A stretch of DNA of 64,000 nt, taken from a virus. Lineage: Duplodnaviria > Caudoviricetes. A program made the position numbers and the translations under genes. The notes below the pieces were generated by a model that searched no databases, was not told the DNA's origin, and was given only the letters and a program-made list of their open reading frames with translations. The DNA is taken from IMG/VR virus record IMGVR_UViG_3300042914_002678. One strand, written 5' to 3'. Positions 9,541 through 19,462 of the stretch are shown here, one piece after another (the first letter of the stretch is position 1; every line of letters begins with the position of its first letter).

Positions 9541-10836
9541 ATGAAGAGTTTTTTCCAATTTCTAAATGAGGCAACCCAATCGCAAGCATCGATGCAAGCG
9601 AAGAAGTTAAACCTCAAGAGTGATGGTCACGGCGGTTGGTTGGACAGTCGTGGAGAATTTGTTGCGAAAACAGAGGGGGGAAAATTAGTATTCTATGATA
9701 AGGGTAGAGTAGACGGGGGTAAAGACCAACCAAAAGGTGCAGTAGGAAGATCGGATGCTACATCAAAACCAGAAGCAAAACCAACAGCAGCACCTGCGCC
9801 AAAGGCATCGGCAAAAGCAACTTCATCAACTGCAGATGTTCCTACAGATAGTGATACCTTAACTGTTGCATTTGGAAGATTTAATCCGCCAACAGTAGGA
9901 CACGAAAAACTTTTGAAGTCTGCAAGAAAGGCAGCTGCTGGTGGAGATTTGAAGATTTATCCTTCAAGAACTCAGGACCCAAAGAAAAATCCTCTTGATC
10001 CTGATATGAAGATTTCTTTTATGAAAAAAATGTTCCCCGACTTTGATGAGAATATTATTAATGATGATGAAATGAAATCAATTTTTAATGTACTAGTTGC
10101 AGCATCTGAGGAAGGATATGCTAATGTCAATATAGTTGTTGGATCTGATAGACAAGCGGAATTTGAAAATCTTGCTCAGAAATACAATGGAGACTTATAC
10201 CAATTTGATTTAATCCGTGTTATTTCTGCTGGTATGAGAGATGCTGATGCCGAAGGCGTTGAAGGTATGTCCGCATCTAAAATGAGAAAGGCAGTTATCG
10301 AAGATGATTTTGAATCTTTCCGCAGAGGAACACCAAAGACATTAGATGATGGTGATACTCAAGCACTCTTTGATGCAGTCCGTCAGGGAATGGGTGCAAA
10401 GAAAAAGAAGAAGGTTGCTGAGTTGTGGCAGATTGCTCCAAAGTATGATTTAGAGACTCTCCGTGAAAATTATATTACTGGCAAAATTTTCAGAATTGGT
10501 GATATTGTAGAAAATTTAAATACGGGATTGGTTGGAGAAATTATGCGTAGAGGTACAAATTATCTCATCTGTGTCACTGAAGATGGTTATATGTTTAAAT
10601 CTTGGATTCGTGATGTAATGGAATATACTGAAGTGAAAATGGAAAAGAAAGTGAGAGTTTCTGGTAAACCGAATACATTAGTTGGAACGGGTGGATATTT
10701 TAAATATGCTGTTGATATGACACCTGGATTTGAAAAAGGAGACAAAACAAATCTTCAATATGGCGCAAAACCTTATAGTGGATATAAGCAAACTAACGTT
10801 AAGGAATTCATAAATAAGTATAAGGTAAAGAAATAG
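9541..10836 (+). CDS. Cytidyltransferase-like (HxGH nucleotidyltransferase) protein
   Basis: TVAFGRFNPPTVGHEKL, VVGSDR and MSASKMR, typical of the cyanophage cytidyltransferase. Confidence 0.88.
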   Translation: MKSFFQFLNEATQSQASMQAKKLNLKSDGHGGWLDSRGEFVAKTEGGKLVFYDKGRVDGGKDQPKGAVGRSDATSKPEAKPTAAPAPKASAKATSSTADVPTDSDTLTVAFGRFNPPTVGHEKLLKSARKAAAGGDLKIYPSRTQDPKKNPLDPDMKISFMKKMFPDFDENIINDDEMKSIFNVLVAASEEGYANVNIVVGSDRQAEFENLAQKYNGDLYQFDLIRVISAGMRDADAEGVEGMSASKMRKAVIEDDFESFRRGTPKTLDDGDTQALFDAVRQGMGAKKKKKVAELWQIAPKYDLETLRENYITGKIFRIGDIVENLNTGLVGEIMRRGTNYLICVTEDGYMFKSWIRDVMEYTEVKMEKKVRVSGKPNTLVGTGGYFKYAVDMTPGFEKGDKTNLQYGAKPYSGYKQTNVKEFINKYKVKK

Positions 10837-10845
10837 TAAGTTACA

Positions 10846-12753
10846 ATGTCTATCAATCCTCTGAATGATATTTCCAGAGTGTATCTGGAGCAAGTTTCTG
10901 TTGATGAAGCAAAGCAATCTTTCCCTTTTAAGAAGGTTGAAGGAAAGATGAAGGAGAAATTTGCTAAGTCAGTATGGGCTAAAAAAGGAAATCCTGCTGT
11001 TCCTAATACAACTGATGATGAGAAGAAAGCAACTACTCAGCACAGTAAAATGTTCCGCACTTATGAGAAGGAAAAGAGGGCAAAACAAGAGGCAGATAAG
11101 GCAAGACGTTCATCGACTTTTTATAAGGACACTCACCCAGCAAGTGCTCCTAAGATGAAGAAAGCAAATGAAGAGTTTGAAATTGATGAAGCAGTGAAGG
11201 GTGCTGATCCAGAAATGAGAAAAGCAGCTGCCGTTGAAAGAAAAGAAGGGGATAAAAGACTTGCTCCTTCAAAAGGAAAAGGTTATGCAGACCAGCAAAA
11301 ACAAAGCATTGCATATATGGACAAGTTGACCAAGAAAAATAAGAACGTAGTTGGTCTTGTTGCTAAGGAAGCATTAGACCCAGTTGGTCAAGAGGATGCC
11401 GATATTGATAATGATGGAGATATTGATAAGTCTGATAAGTATCTTCATAAGAGAAGAAAAGCAATTGGCAAGGCAATTGCCAAAAAGAAATCGGTAAAGG
11501 AAGGTTTCTCAAATTGGAGACAAGATCTTGCTGAGGTTATGGATGACACTGAAGCAAGTAAGAAAATCAAAGAAAAAAAGGTTAATAATAAAATCAAAAT
11601 TAATCCCAAACTCAATGAAGCAGTAGAAGAGATTGGTGGAACTCTTCTTGAGATGGTGGAGATTGAAGGAGTTCTTGATGAACTTTCTGATGAAGAACTA
11701 CTCTTCCTTTCCGACACTCTTATTGAAGAAGTTGTTGAAGAGTTCTTTATTGAGTGTCTGGAGGAAGGATATGATATTGAAGAGGTTGAAGAGTATTTAA
11801 TTGAATCACTTGAAACATCTGCTGTTCTTCTTGATGAGGCAAAAGTTACTCTTGGGCACGATACTAAAATTAAGAGCGACAGATTAGAGAAAGTCAAGTC
11901 TGCTGTTAAGACTGCTGGAAGAGCAGCTGCCCGTGGCGCTGGATATGTTGCTGGTTTGGCAAAGAGAGCTGGTACTGCTGCTAAGAGAGAATTTAAAGCA
12001 GGATATGAGAAAGGAAAAGGTGGATCATCAGCATCCTCTTCAACTTCTTCAGCATCCTCAGGTTCATCTTCTTCATCTGATAAACCAAAGCGTCCTGGAC
12101 TTCTTGCACGTATCGGTTCTAAACTGAAGAGTGGTCTTAGAAAGGCAGTTGCAAGTGGTGCAAGGTCAATCTCTCGCGGAGCAAGAAATGTTGCCCGCAA
12201 GGTAGAAGGTGGTGAAACTAAGAAGGCAGAAGCACCAAAGGCAGCACCTAAGAAAGCAGAAAAACCTTCTGACCCTTGGGAAGGAAGTGCCACAACTCCA
12301 CCTAAAGCAAAAGCAAAGGCAAAACCCAAGAAACCTGCAGCACCAAAAGCAAAGGCACCAGCAAGAAAGAAAAAGTCAAAGTTAGATGATTTGCTTGCCT
12401 CAGTGAGAAGTGAAGAAGTTGAGATGATTGATGAAAAGACTTTGACTAAAATGGAAATGAAAAAGCGTGAAGAGATTGTCAAGTCTATGAAAGACAAGGC
12501 AGCAGATTTTGAAAAGAGATATCCTGGTCGTGGTAAAGAAGTAATGTATGCCACTGCTACTAAGATGGCAAAGAGAGTAGCAGAACAAATGGATACTGAA
12601 ATGTCTTCTGCACCTGCTATTGATAAAAAGAAAGAAATGTTAGACAAGCAAAAACTTGCTAACTTGAAAATGCTTCAACAGAAGAAGCAGCAATTGGATC
12701 GTCAAAAACTTCAAATGCAGAAATCAGGAAAACTTCCTCTTGACGCTAATTAA
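10846..12753 (+). CDS. Large low-complexity late protein (probable virion internal/core protein)
   Basis: 635 aa with K/A-rich and E-rich blocks and a DADIDNDGDIDKSD motif. Confidence 0.75.
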   Translation: MSINPLNDISRVYLEQVSVDEAKQSFPFKKVEGKMKEKFAKSVWAKKGNPAVPNTTDDEKKATTQHSKMFRTYEKEKRAKQEADKARRSSTFYKDTHPASAPKMKKANEEFEIDEAVKGADPEMRKAAAVERKEGDKRLAPSKGKGYADQQKQSIAYMDKLTKKNKNVVGLVAKEALDPVGQEDADIDNDGDIDKSDKYLHKRRKAIGKAIAKKKSVKEGFSNWRQDLAEVMDDTEASKKIKEKKVNNKIKINPKLNEAVEEIGGTLLEMVEIEGVLDELSDEELLFLSDTLIEEVVEEFFIECLEEGYDIEEVEEYLIESLETSAVLLDEAKVTLGHDTKIKSDRLEKVKSAVKTAGRAAARGAGYVAGLAKRAGTAAKREFKAGYEKGKGGSSASSSTSSASSGSSSSSDKPKRPGLLARIGSKLKSGLRKAVASGARSISRGARNVARKVEGGETKKAEAPKAAPKKAEKPSDPWEGSATTPPKAKAKAKPKKPAAPKAKAPARKKKSKLDDLLASVRSEEVEMIDEKTLTKMEMKKREEIVKSMKDKAADFEKRYPGRGKEVMYATATKMAKRVAEQMDTEMSSAPAIDKKKEMLDKQKLANLKMLQQKKQQLDRQKLQMQKSGKLPLDAN

Positions 12754-12791
12754 TCTCTAAATACCTTCGGATACTCTATTTGGAGGTCATT

Positions 12792-12965
12792 ATGGGAGCA
12801 GTAGTAGCAGTGGTAAAACCACTTCTTTTTCAAATTGCAACTCATCCTGCTGTTAAACAACTTGTTCTTGATCTACTCAAGAAATATGTTGACAGCACAG
12901 ACAACAGCATTGATAATGTAGTTTATGAAATGGTAAAAGATAAACTCTTTACTCCACAAGCATGA
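12792..12965 (+). CDS. Small hypothetical protein
   Basis: GGAGG SD before ATG 12792. MGAVVAVVKPLLF... Confidence 0.75.
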   Translation: MGAVVAVVKPLLFQIATHPAVKQLVLDLLKKYVDSTDNSIDNVVYEMVKDKLFTPQA

Positions 12966-13126
12966 TTACTTGTTTAGTAACCAATTGGGGGGTTACTGTT
13001 CTTCTTGGAGTTCTTCTTGCTTTATCTGAATGGATAGGTAGAAATCAAAATCTAAAAGAGAATAGTATTTTGTGTTTTATAATTAATTTTTTGAGAGTTG
13101 TTCTTCGTAAAGGGGACCAAAAGTAA
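12962..13126 (+). CDS. Small membrane protein (holin-like hydropathy)
   Basis: Manual: MITCLVTNWGVTVLLGVLLALSEWIGRNQNLKENSILCFIINFLRVVLRKGDQK*. ATGA overlap with the previous gene. Confidence 0.6.
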   Translation: MITCLVTNWGVTVLLGVLLALSEWIGRNQNLKENSILCFIINFLRVVLRKGDQK

Positions 13127-13147
13127 GGTCTCCTTTTTTTATAAATA
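13110..13147 (+). terminator. Intrinsic terminator followed by a late promoter
   Basis: aaaggggacc-aaaagtaa-ggtctccttt plus T-run, then TATAAATA at 13140. Confidence 0.7.
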
Positions 13148-13181
13148 TCTTATAGCAAATAAATTTTATCGGAAGACAGAC

Positions 13182-13706
13182 ATGGCACTCTGGGGAAACA
13201 ATGATAATGTTGGTTCTGGTGGATTAGTAACTCTTGATTACAGCACTCTTGTTGTAACAGGTTCTGGTACTAGTTTTGGAAACACTGGTGCTGCAAAGAC
13301 TGGTGATGTAATTAGATTTGGTTTCCGTGGAACTGGCGGAACCTATTTTGGAGATGCGGTTATTGTTGGCATCGCAAGTACAACTCAATTAAGTATTGCA
13401 TCCACTGCTGGTCTTAGTGGTGCTGCCATTGCTGCAACAAGTTTTTACATTAGTGAACTTCCAAAATACACTGTTCTCGATTCTTCATATAGTGAAGCAT
13501 CATGGGGAACGAATGATAAACTTGTATATGGAATTTCTACAGATAGTGTTGCAACATCATATCAAGGATTTACTCATCAAGGATGGGTTGGAATTACCAC
13601 TTACAATGATAGTGATGGAAACCTGAGAGTTAAGAGTGAAGTTCTTGTTGCAATGTCTGGAATCACGACTGGTGCTGACGGAATCCTCTACCCAACTGCT
13701 GAATGA
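13182..13706 (+). CDS. Gly/Thr-rich virion structural protein (cyanophage MALWG family)
   Basis: Start MALWGNND at 13182, C-terminal HQGWVG...RVKSEVLVAM, late promoter upstream. Confidence 0.7.
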   Translation: MALWGNNDNVGSGGLVTLDYSTLVVTGSGTSFGNTGAAKTGDVIRFGFRGTGGTYFGDAVIVGIASTTQLSIASTAGLSGAAIAATSFYISELPKYTVLDSSYSEASWGTNDKLVYGISTDSVATSYQGFTHQGWVGITTYNDSDGNLRVKSEVLVAMSGITTGADGILYPTAE

Positions 13707-13714
13707 TATAATAT

Positions 13715-14107
13715 ATGATTTTCAATGAGTTGAATGGGGATAATTTCCTTTTATTTGCAATTAAGTATTATGAAAATCCGCAAGCGGTAACGAAAGAGGA
13801 TTTTGAGAAAGATCTGAACCATTTTAAATATATCAAAAGATTATTGAAACGATATAAGAATACTGGTCAATTAAAGACTCATCTTCTTTTGAATCATTTC
13901 ATTATTCTTTATAATATTTTTGGTGAAGCTACAACTCCAATGCTTTTTTTCAGAATTGAAAAAGAGTTATGGTCTCCACTAAAAACTTTCATTATCTTTT
14001 TGGGAAGGTTGCCAGAATATCCCAGATGTTACATTCATGACATACAGGTTGATCTTCATTGTTTAACCGAACTTAATAAAATCTACAATGGAAAAGAAGA
14101 AGATTGA
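13715..14107 (+). CDS. Conserved T4-like cyanophage hypothetical protein
   Basis: 130-aa ORF MIFNELNGDNFLLFAIKYYENP... Confidence 0.8.
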   Translation: MIFNELNGDNFLLFAIKYYENPQAVTKEDFEKDLNHFKYIKRLLKRYKNTGQLKTHLLLNHFIILYNIFGEATTPMLFFRIEKELWSPLKTFIIFLGRLPEYPRCYIHDIQVDLHCLTELNKIYNGKEED

Positions 14108-14348
14108 TAGAGTTATTGAATCGTTTCGTAATTATGCAATTTTGAAAGAAGAAATGATGACGACTCAAAGCACAACTGGTAAACCTGGATTTAGTACATC
14201 TGCTGATGCCGCAGGTCCAGTTGCTGGAAGAAGTCCTAAAATGTTTTTTATGGCAAGAAAGTTTACAAAAAAATATGCAAAAGGTGGTCCTGGTAGCAGA
14301 AAAGTCTGGTTAGATTACCTCAAATCCTCCAATGGCAGAAGAAATTAA
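14088..14348 (+). CDS. Hypothetical protein
   Basis: 86-aa ORF overlapping both neighbours. Confidence 0.7.
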   Translation: MEKKKIDRVIESFRNYAILKEEMMTTQSTTGKPGFSTSADAAGPVAGRSPKMFFMARKFTKKYAKGGPGSRKVWLDYLKSSNGRRN

Positions 14349-14715
14349 GGTCGCATTATTAGAACAAAAAATAGAGGATGTAAAAGACATTATCATAAAA
14401 ATTGATAATGCCATTCAAAAACTTAGTGAAGTAAATAGTAATGTGAGTAAGATGCTCGCAGTACATGAAGAAAGAATTACCAAACAAGAAGAAACTGACA
14501 ACATACTCTTTGCTAAAATTGACAAACTCCGTGATAAGGTTGACATCGATTATGACCGTATTGTGTCAAGAGTACAGAATATAGAAAAAAGAGTATGGAT
14601 GGCAATAGGTGCCCTCGCTTGCCTTACATTTTTATTGAAAGTTCCTTCAGCACTTCAAATCTTGACACCGCAACCACAAAGTTCTATAATGGAGAGCAGG
14701 AACTTTAAGGTTTAA
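14332..14715 (+). CDS. Coiled-coil protein with a C-terminal transmembrane helix
   Basis: Heptad-like N-terminus, then VWMAIGALACLTFLL. Confidence 0.75.
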   Translation: MAEEIKVALLEQKIEDVKDIIIKIDNAIQKLSEVNSNVSKMLAVHEERITKQEETDNILFAKIDKLRDKVDIDYDRIVSRVQNIEKRVWMAIGALACLTFLLKVPSALQILTPQPQSSIMESRNFKV

Positions 14716-14717
14716 TT

Positions 14718-15686
14718 ATGGATTTTGTTGATGTTAAATACATCAATTTGATTTCTTCTCGCTTCCAAAAGTTTAAGAAAGTAAAAAGTAATCTTTATAA
14801 CTTTAGGTGTCCTATCTGTGGAGATTCCCAGAAGAACAAAAACAAAGCTAGAGGATACCTGTATCAAGTAAAAAACAATACAAACTTCAAGTGTCATAAC
14901 TGTGGAGTCAATATTTCTTTCAATAATTTTTTGAAACAAATTGACTCAGTAATCTATAAGCAATATACATTTGAAAAGTTTAAAGAAGGTCATACTGGTA
15001 GAAATTTTACGGTAGATGAACCCGTATTTAAATTTGAAGAACCTAAGTTCAAACCAAAACTAAATCTACCAAAGGCATCTGAAACTCCCGATGCAAAAGA
15101 ATATCTGGTAAAGAGAAAGTTAAACCCAGATAAATTTTATTACACTGATAAATTTAAATCGTGGACAAACTCTTTCAAAGATGTCTTCGATGATACAACT
15201 AAAGATGAACCCAGGATAATTATTCCTTTGTTCTATCAAAATACCCTTGTTGGATTTCAGGGAAGAGCACTTGGATTTTCCAAGGTTAAATACATTACCG
15301 TGATGATTAACGATGACGCACCAAAAATCTATGGTCTTGATGAGATTGAAAAAAGTAAAACTGTATACATCACAGAAGGACCCTTCGACTCAACATTCAT
15401 TCGCAATGCGATTGCTTTGTGCGGAGCTGACGGTGATGTTAGTAAGTGGGGCATTGGCGATTGTGTGTGGATCTATGATAACGAACCACGAAATTCAGAA
15501 ATTGTATCAAGAATCTCCAACACAATCAATAGAGGAGAAAAGGTCGTAATTTGGCCATCCAATATAATTGAAAAGGATATTAATGATATGATTTTATCTG
15601 GACTAGATGTTCAGTCTGTGATAGAATTAAATACTTACTCTGGATTAGAAGCAAAACTTAAATTTACTACCTGGAAGAAAATATGA
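14718..15686 (+). CDS. gp61: DNA primase (T4 gp61)
   Basis: Zn finger CPICGD...CHNCG and TOPRIM YITEGPFDS...DNE...KDINDM. Confidence 0.95.
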   Translation: MDFVDVKYINLISSRFQKFKKVKSNLYNFRCPICGDSQKNKNKARGYLYQVKNNTNFKCHNCGVNISFNNFLKQIDSVIYKQYTFEKFKEGHTGRNFTVDEPVFKFEEPKFKPKLNLPKASETPDAKEYLVKRKLNPDKFYYTDKFKSWTNSFKDVFDDTTKDEPRIIIPLFYQNTLVGFQGRALGFSKVKYITVMINDDAPKIYGLDEIEKSKTVYITEGPFDSTFIRNAIALCGADGDVSKWGIGDCVWIYDNEPRNSEIVSRISNTINRGEKVVIWPSNIIEKDINDMILSGLDVQSVIELNTYSGLEAKLKFTTWKKI

Positions 15687-17980
15687 GCAACGGAACTAAA
15701 GTAAAAAAGCGTGATGGACGTATTGAGTCTCTTGACCTGGACAAGATGCATTTGATGGTTGAAGAGGCATGTAAGGGTCTTGCAGGTGTGTCTGCAAGTC
15801 AAGTTGAGATGACTTCTGGTATTCAATTTTATGATGGAATCACCACTGCAGAGATTCAGGAGATTTTAATTCGTTCCGCTTCTGATTTAATTGATTTGGA
15901 CCATCCAAATTATCAGTATGTTGCTGCAAGACTGCTTCTTTTTGCAGTTCGTAAGCAACTTTATGGAAAGATGAAAGAGCTTCCAACTTTAGAGCAACAT
16001 ATTGTTGAGTGTGTTTCTGCTGAAGTTTATGATAATGATATTTACAGTAAATATTCTCAAGAAGAAATTATAAAAGCTGATAGTTTTATCGATCATGATC
16101 GTGACTATCTCTTCACTTACGCAGGTCTACGTCAAGTCGTTGACAAATACCTTGTGCAAGATAGAAGCGGTGGTGGAGTATATGAAACTCCCCAGTTTAT
16201 GTACATGATGATTGCTCTGACTATTTTTGCAGAGTATCCAAAAGAAACCAGAATGTCATATGTCAAGAGGTATTATGACGCAATCTCAAAGCACAAAATC
16301 AACATCCCAACACCAATCATGGCGGGAGTGCGAACTCCGCTTAGACAATTTGCTAGCTGTGTGCTTGTTGACGTTGATGACACCCTCGATAGTATCTTTA
16401 GCAGTGATATGGCTATTGGCAGATACGTTGCACAGAGGGCGGGGATCGGCATCAACGCTGGTAGAATCCGTGGCATCAACAGCAAAATCCGAGGTGGAGA
16501 AGTTCAACACACGGGTGTTGTACCATTTCTCAAGAAGTTTGAAGCGACTGTCAGATGTTGCACGCAAAATGGCATACGAGGTGGATCCGCGACAGTACAC
16601 TTCCCAATCTGGCACCAAGAAATAGAAGATATCTTGGTTCTCAAGAACAATAAAGGTACGGAGGATAATCGTGTTCGTAAACTTGATTACAGCATTCAAA
16701 TCAGTAAACTCTTCTATGAGAGGTTCATTCAAGATGGTGAAATCACGCTTTTCTCCCCACATGATGTACCTGGACTTTATGATCGCTTTGGACTCTCTGG
16801 TTTTGATGAGCTCTACTGTGCATATGAAAAAGATTCGACCATTAAGAAAAAAACTGTTAAGGCGCAAGAACTCATTCTTAACCTTCTCAAAGAACGTGCG
16901 GAAACAGGTCGTGTCTACATTATGAACATTGACCATTGCAACTCTCACTCATCCTTTAAGGACAAAGTTGAGATGAGCAATCTGTGTCAGGAGATCACTT
17001 TGCCAACTTTCCCAATTCAACATATTGATGATACGGATGGAGAAATTGCACTATGTATTCTTTCTGCAATTAATGTTGGTAAAGTTAAATCCGATGATGA
17101 ACTTGAAGAGCTTTGTGACCTTTCAGTTCGTGGTTTGGATGAGTTGATTGACTATCAAAAATACCCCGTAGCGGCGGCAGAAATCGCCACCAAGGCGCGT
17201 CGTTCTCTTGGTATAGGGTTTATTGGTCTTGCACACTATTTGGCAAAACTTGGGTATAATTATTCCTCCCAAGAAGCATGGGATGCTGTACATGGACTTT
17301 CAGAATCTTTCCAATATTATCTTTTGAAAGCATCTAATCAACTTGCCAAGGAGAAGGGATACTGTGAATATTTTGGACGTACTAAGTATGCTGATGGTAT
17401 CCTTCCAATCGATACATATAAAAAGGACGTAGATGAAATTACTTCTGTTGAACTAGAGCATGATTGGGAAGGTCTTAGAGCATCAATCTTACAGTACGGT
17501 CTCAGGCACTCAACACTGTCCGCACAAATGCCTTCGGAGAGCAGTTCCGTTGTGTCAAACGCAACCAATGGAATCGAACCACCTAGAGATTACCTGTCCG
17601 TTAAGAAATCCAAAAAAGGACCCCTTAAGCAGATTGTTCCACAGTATCAAACACTCAAGAACAACTATACGCTTTTGTGGGATATGCCTAGCAACACTGG
17701 TTATATTAATATTGTTGCAGTGATGCAAAAGTTCTTTGACCAGGCAATTTCTGGAAACTGGAGTTATAATCCAGAAAACTATGACAACAATGAAGTTCCT
17801 ACTTCAGTTATGGCAAATGACTTTTTGACTACATACAAATATGGGTGGAAAACTTCTTATTACCAAAACACTTATGATATTAAGACTGATGAGGTAGTAG
17901 AAGAGAAACCCAATCTTCAAGATTTGCTAAGTGAGTTAAGTTCAGTAGAGGAGGGAGAGTGTGAATCCTGTGCAGTTTAA
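15683..17980 (+). CDS. nrdA: Class Ia ribonucleotide reductase alpha subunit
   Basis: N-terminal ATP cone, PTPIMAG, ASCVL, SNLCQEI, QMPSESSS and C-terminal CESC. Confidence 0.98.
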   Translation: MSNGTKVKKRDGRIESLDLDKMHLMVEEACKGLAGVSASQVEMTSGIQFYDGITTAEIQEILIRSASDLIDLDHPNYQYVAARLLLFAVRKQLYGKMKELPTLEQHIVECVSAEVYDNDIYSKYSQEEIIKADSFIDHDRDYLFTYAGLRQVVDKYLVQDRSGGGVYETPQFMYMMIALTIFAEYPKETRMSYVKRYYDAISKHKINIPTPIMAGVRTPLRQFASCVLVDVDDTLDSIFSSDMAIGRYVAQRAGIGINAGRIRGINSKIRGGEVQHTGVVPFLKKFEATVRCCTQNGIRGGSATVHFPIWHQEIEDILVLKNNKGTEDNRVRKLDYSIQISKLFYERFIQDGEITLFSPHDVPGLYDRFGLSGFDELYCAYEKDSTIKKKTVKAQELILNLLKERAETGRVYIMNIDHCNSHSSFKDKVEMSNLCQEITLPTFPIQHIDDTDGEIALCILSAINVGKVKSDDELEELCDLSVRGLDELIDYQKYPVAAAEIATKARRSLGIGFIGLAHYLAKLGYNYSSQEAWDAVHGLSESFQYYLLKASNQLAKEKGYCEYFGRTKYADGILPIDTYKKDVDEITSVELEHDWEGLRASILQYGLRHSTLSAQMPSESSSVVSNATNGIEPPRDYLSVKKSKKGPLKQIVPQYQTLKNNYTLLWDMPSNTGYINIVAVMQKFFDQAISGNWSYNPENYDNNEVPTSVMANDFLTTYKYGWKTSYYQNTYDIKTDEVVEEKPNLQDLLSELSSVEEGECESCAV

Positions 17981-19151
17981 GATTTCTTCCGTAGAGGAAC
18001 AACAAACGAATATTAAAGGAATGACCGTATTCAATACGGAAAAAGTGGATACTAAAAAGCAACCAATGTTTTTTGGAAAACCACTTGGAATTCAAAGATA
18101 TGATTCATACAAATATCCTGTTTTTGACAAACTAACTACTCAGCAACTTGGTTACTTCTGGAGACCTGAAGAGGTGTCTCTCCAAAAGGATCGTGGAGAT
18201 TATCAAACACTACGCCCAGAACAAAAGCATATCTATACTTCTAATCTGAAGTATCAGATAATGCTTGACTCTATCCAGGGTCGTGGTCCTGGCATGGCAT
18301 TTATTCCATACTGCTCACTTCCTGAATTGGAAGCGTGTATGGAAGTATGGGGATTTATGGAGATGATTCACTCACGTTCATATACTTACATTATCAAGAA
18401 TGTGTACTCAGATCCATCTGAGGTATTTGATACTATAATTGGAGATGAGCGTATTCTGGAACGTGCTAAAAGCGTTACAGAATCATATGATGACTTCATT
18501 CAATCAGCACAACAATATGGTGTATCCGATGCATGGATGCACAATCTTGAAGGAGTTTCATATGCAAAGGAAACTGTCAATGATGTCAAACGAAAATTAT
18601 ACAGAGCAATCGCAAACGTTAATATTCTTGAAGGTATTCGCTTCTACGTTAGTTTTGCTTGTAGTTTCGCCTTTGGCGAACTTAAGCTTATGGAAGGATC
18701 CGCTAAAATCATCTCTCTTATTGCAAGAGACGAAAACCAACACCTAGCCATTACTCAAAATATTCTGAACAAATGGCGTGATGGTGATGATCCAGAGATG
18801 AAGCAGATTATGAAAGAAGAGGAAGAGTGGACATATGCTATGTTCGATCGTGCTGTAAATGAAGAAAAAAGATGGGCAGATTATCTGTTCAAAGATGGCA
18901 GCATGATTGGACTTAATGACAAGTTGTTACAACAGTATGTTGAATGGATTGCAAACCGTAGACTAAAAGCAATCGGACTTAAACCCCAGTATGATATTTC
19001 AGCAAACAACAATCCACTACCTTGGACTCAGCACTGGATTTCCTCTAAAGGTCTCCAGGTTGCTCCCCAGGAAACGGAAGTAGAATCATACGTAGTCGGT
19101 GGTATTAAACAAGATGTTACCAAAAATACTTTCTCAGGATTCAAACTATGA
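17961..19151 (+). CDS. nrdB: Class Ia ribonucleotide reductase beta subunit
   Basis: FWRPEEV, EMIHSRSY, LEGIRFYVSF, RDENQH, APQETEVESY. Confidence 0.98.
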   Translation: MNPVQFKISSVEEQQTNIKGMTVFNTEKVDTKKQPMFFGKPLGIQRYDSYKYPVFDKLTTQQLGYFWRPEEVSLQKDRGDYQTLRPEQKHIYTSNLKYQIMLDSIQGRGPGMAFIPYCSLPELEACMEVWGFMEMIHSRSYTYIIKNVYSDPSEVFDTIIGDERILERAKSVTESYDDFIQSAQQYGVSDAWMHNLEGVSYAKETVNDVKRKLYRAIANVNILEGIRFYVSFACSFAFGELKLMEGSAKIISLIARDENQHLAITQNILNKWRDGDDPEMKQIMKEEEEWTYAMFDRAVNEEKRWADYLFKDGSMIGLNDKLLQQYVEWIANRRLKAIGLKPQYDISANNNPLPWTQHWISSKGLQVAPQETEVESYVVGGIKQDVTKNTFSGFKL

Positions 19152-19263
19152 TGAATGGTGCGAACAAGAAATTATGAATGCTTATAAAGAAGCAGCGGAA
19201 TGTGATGAGTTTATGTTCGGTGATTATGACTATTGCAAAGAATGGTTGGGAATGGACAACTAA
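19114..19263 (+). CDS. Small acidic hypothetical protein (49 aa)
   Basis: Manual: MLPKILSQDSNYDEWCEQEIMNAYKEAAECDEFMFGDYDYCKEWLGMDN*. Overlaps the nrdB 3' end. Confidence 0.55.
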   Translation: MLPKILSQDSNYDEWCEQEIMNAYKEAAECDEFMFGDYDYCKEWLGMDN

Positions 19264-19300
19264 TCATTCATAGATAGAGGAGGTTATGCCTCCTTTTTTT

Positions 19301-19462
19301 ATGCCAAAAAATCAAATAACAAAAGAAGAACTTAAGGTTCGTGTTTTAAAGTTAAAGAATAATCTTTACAAAGAACACATTAGGCACGATATGGATATGA
19401 AGGGACTTGCCAATAAATATCTCAACGAAGTTCTTGATATAATTGATGAGTACAGATATTGA
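19301..19462 (+). CDS. Small hypothetical protein (53 aa)
   Basis: Manual: MPKNQITKEELKVRVLKLKNNLYKEHIRHDMDMKGLANKYLNEVLDIIDEYRY*. Confidence 0.65.
   Translation: MPKNQITKEELKVRVLKLKNNLYKEHIRHDMDMKGLANKYLNEVLDIIDEYRY

Noticed and set aside
11445-12647. 400-aa minus-strand ORF
   Set aside because: Antisense mirror of a low-complexity Lys/Ala/Glu-rich gene. It has an S/F/L-rich composition and no motifs or expression signals.
16227-17723. Several 70-220 aa alternative-frame and antisense ORFs
   Set aside because: All lie within nrdA and have no independent motifs.
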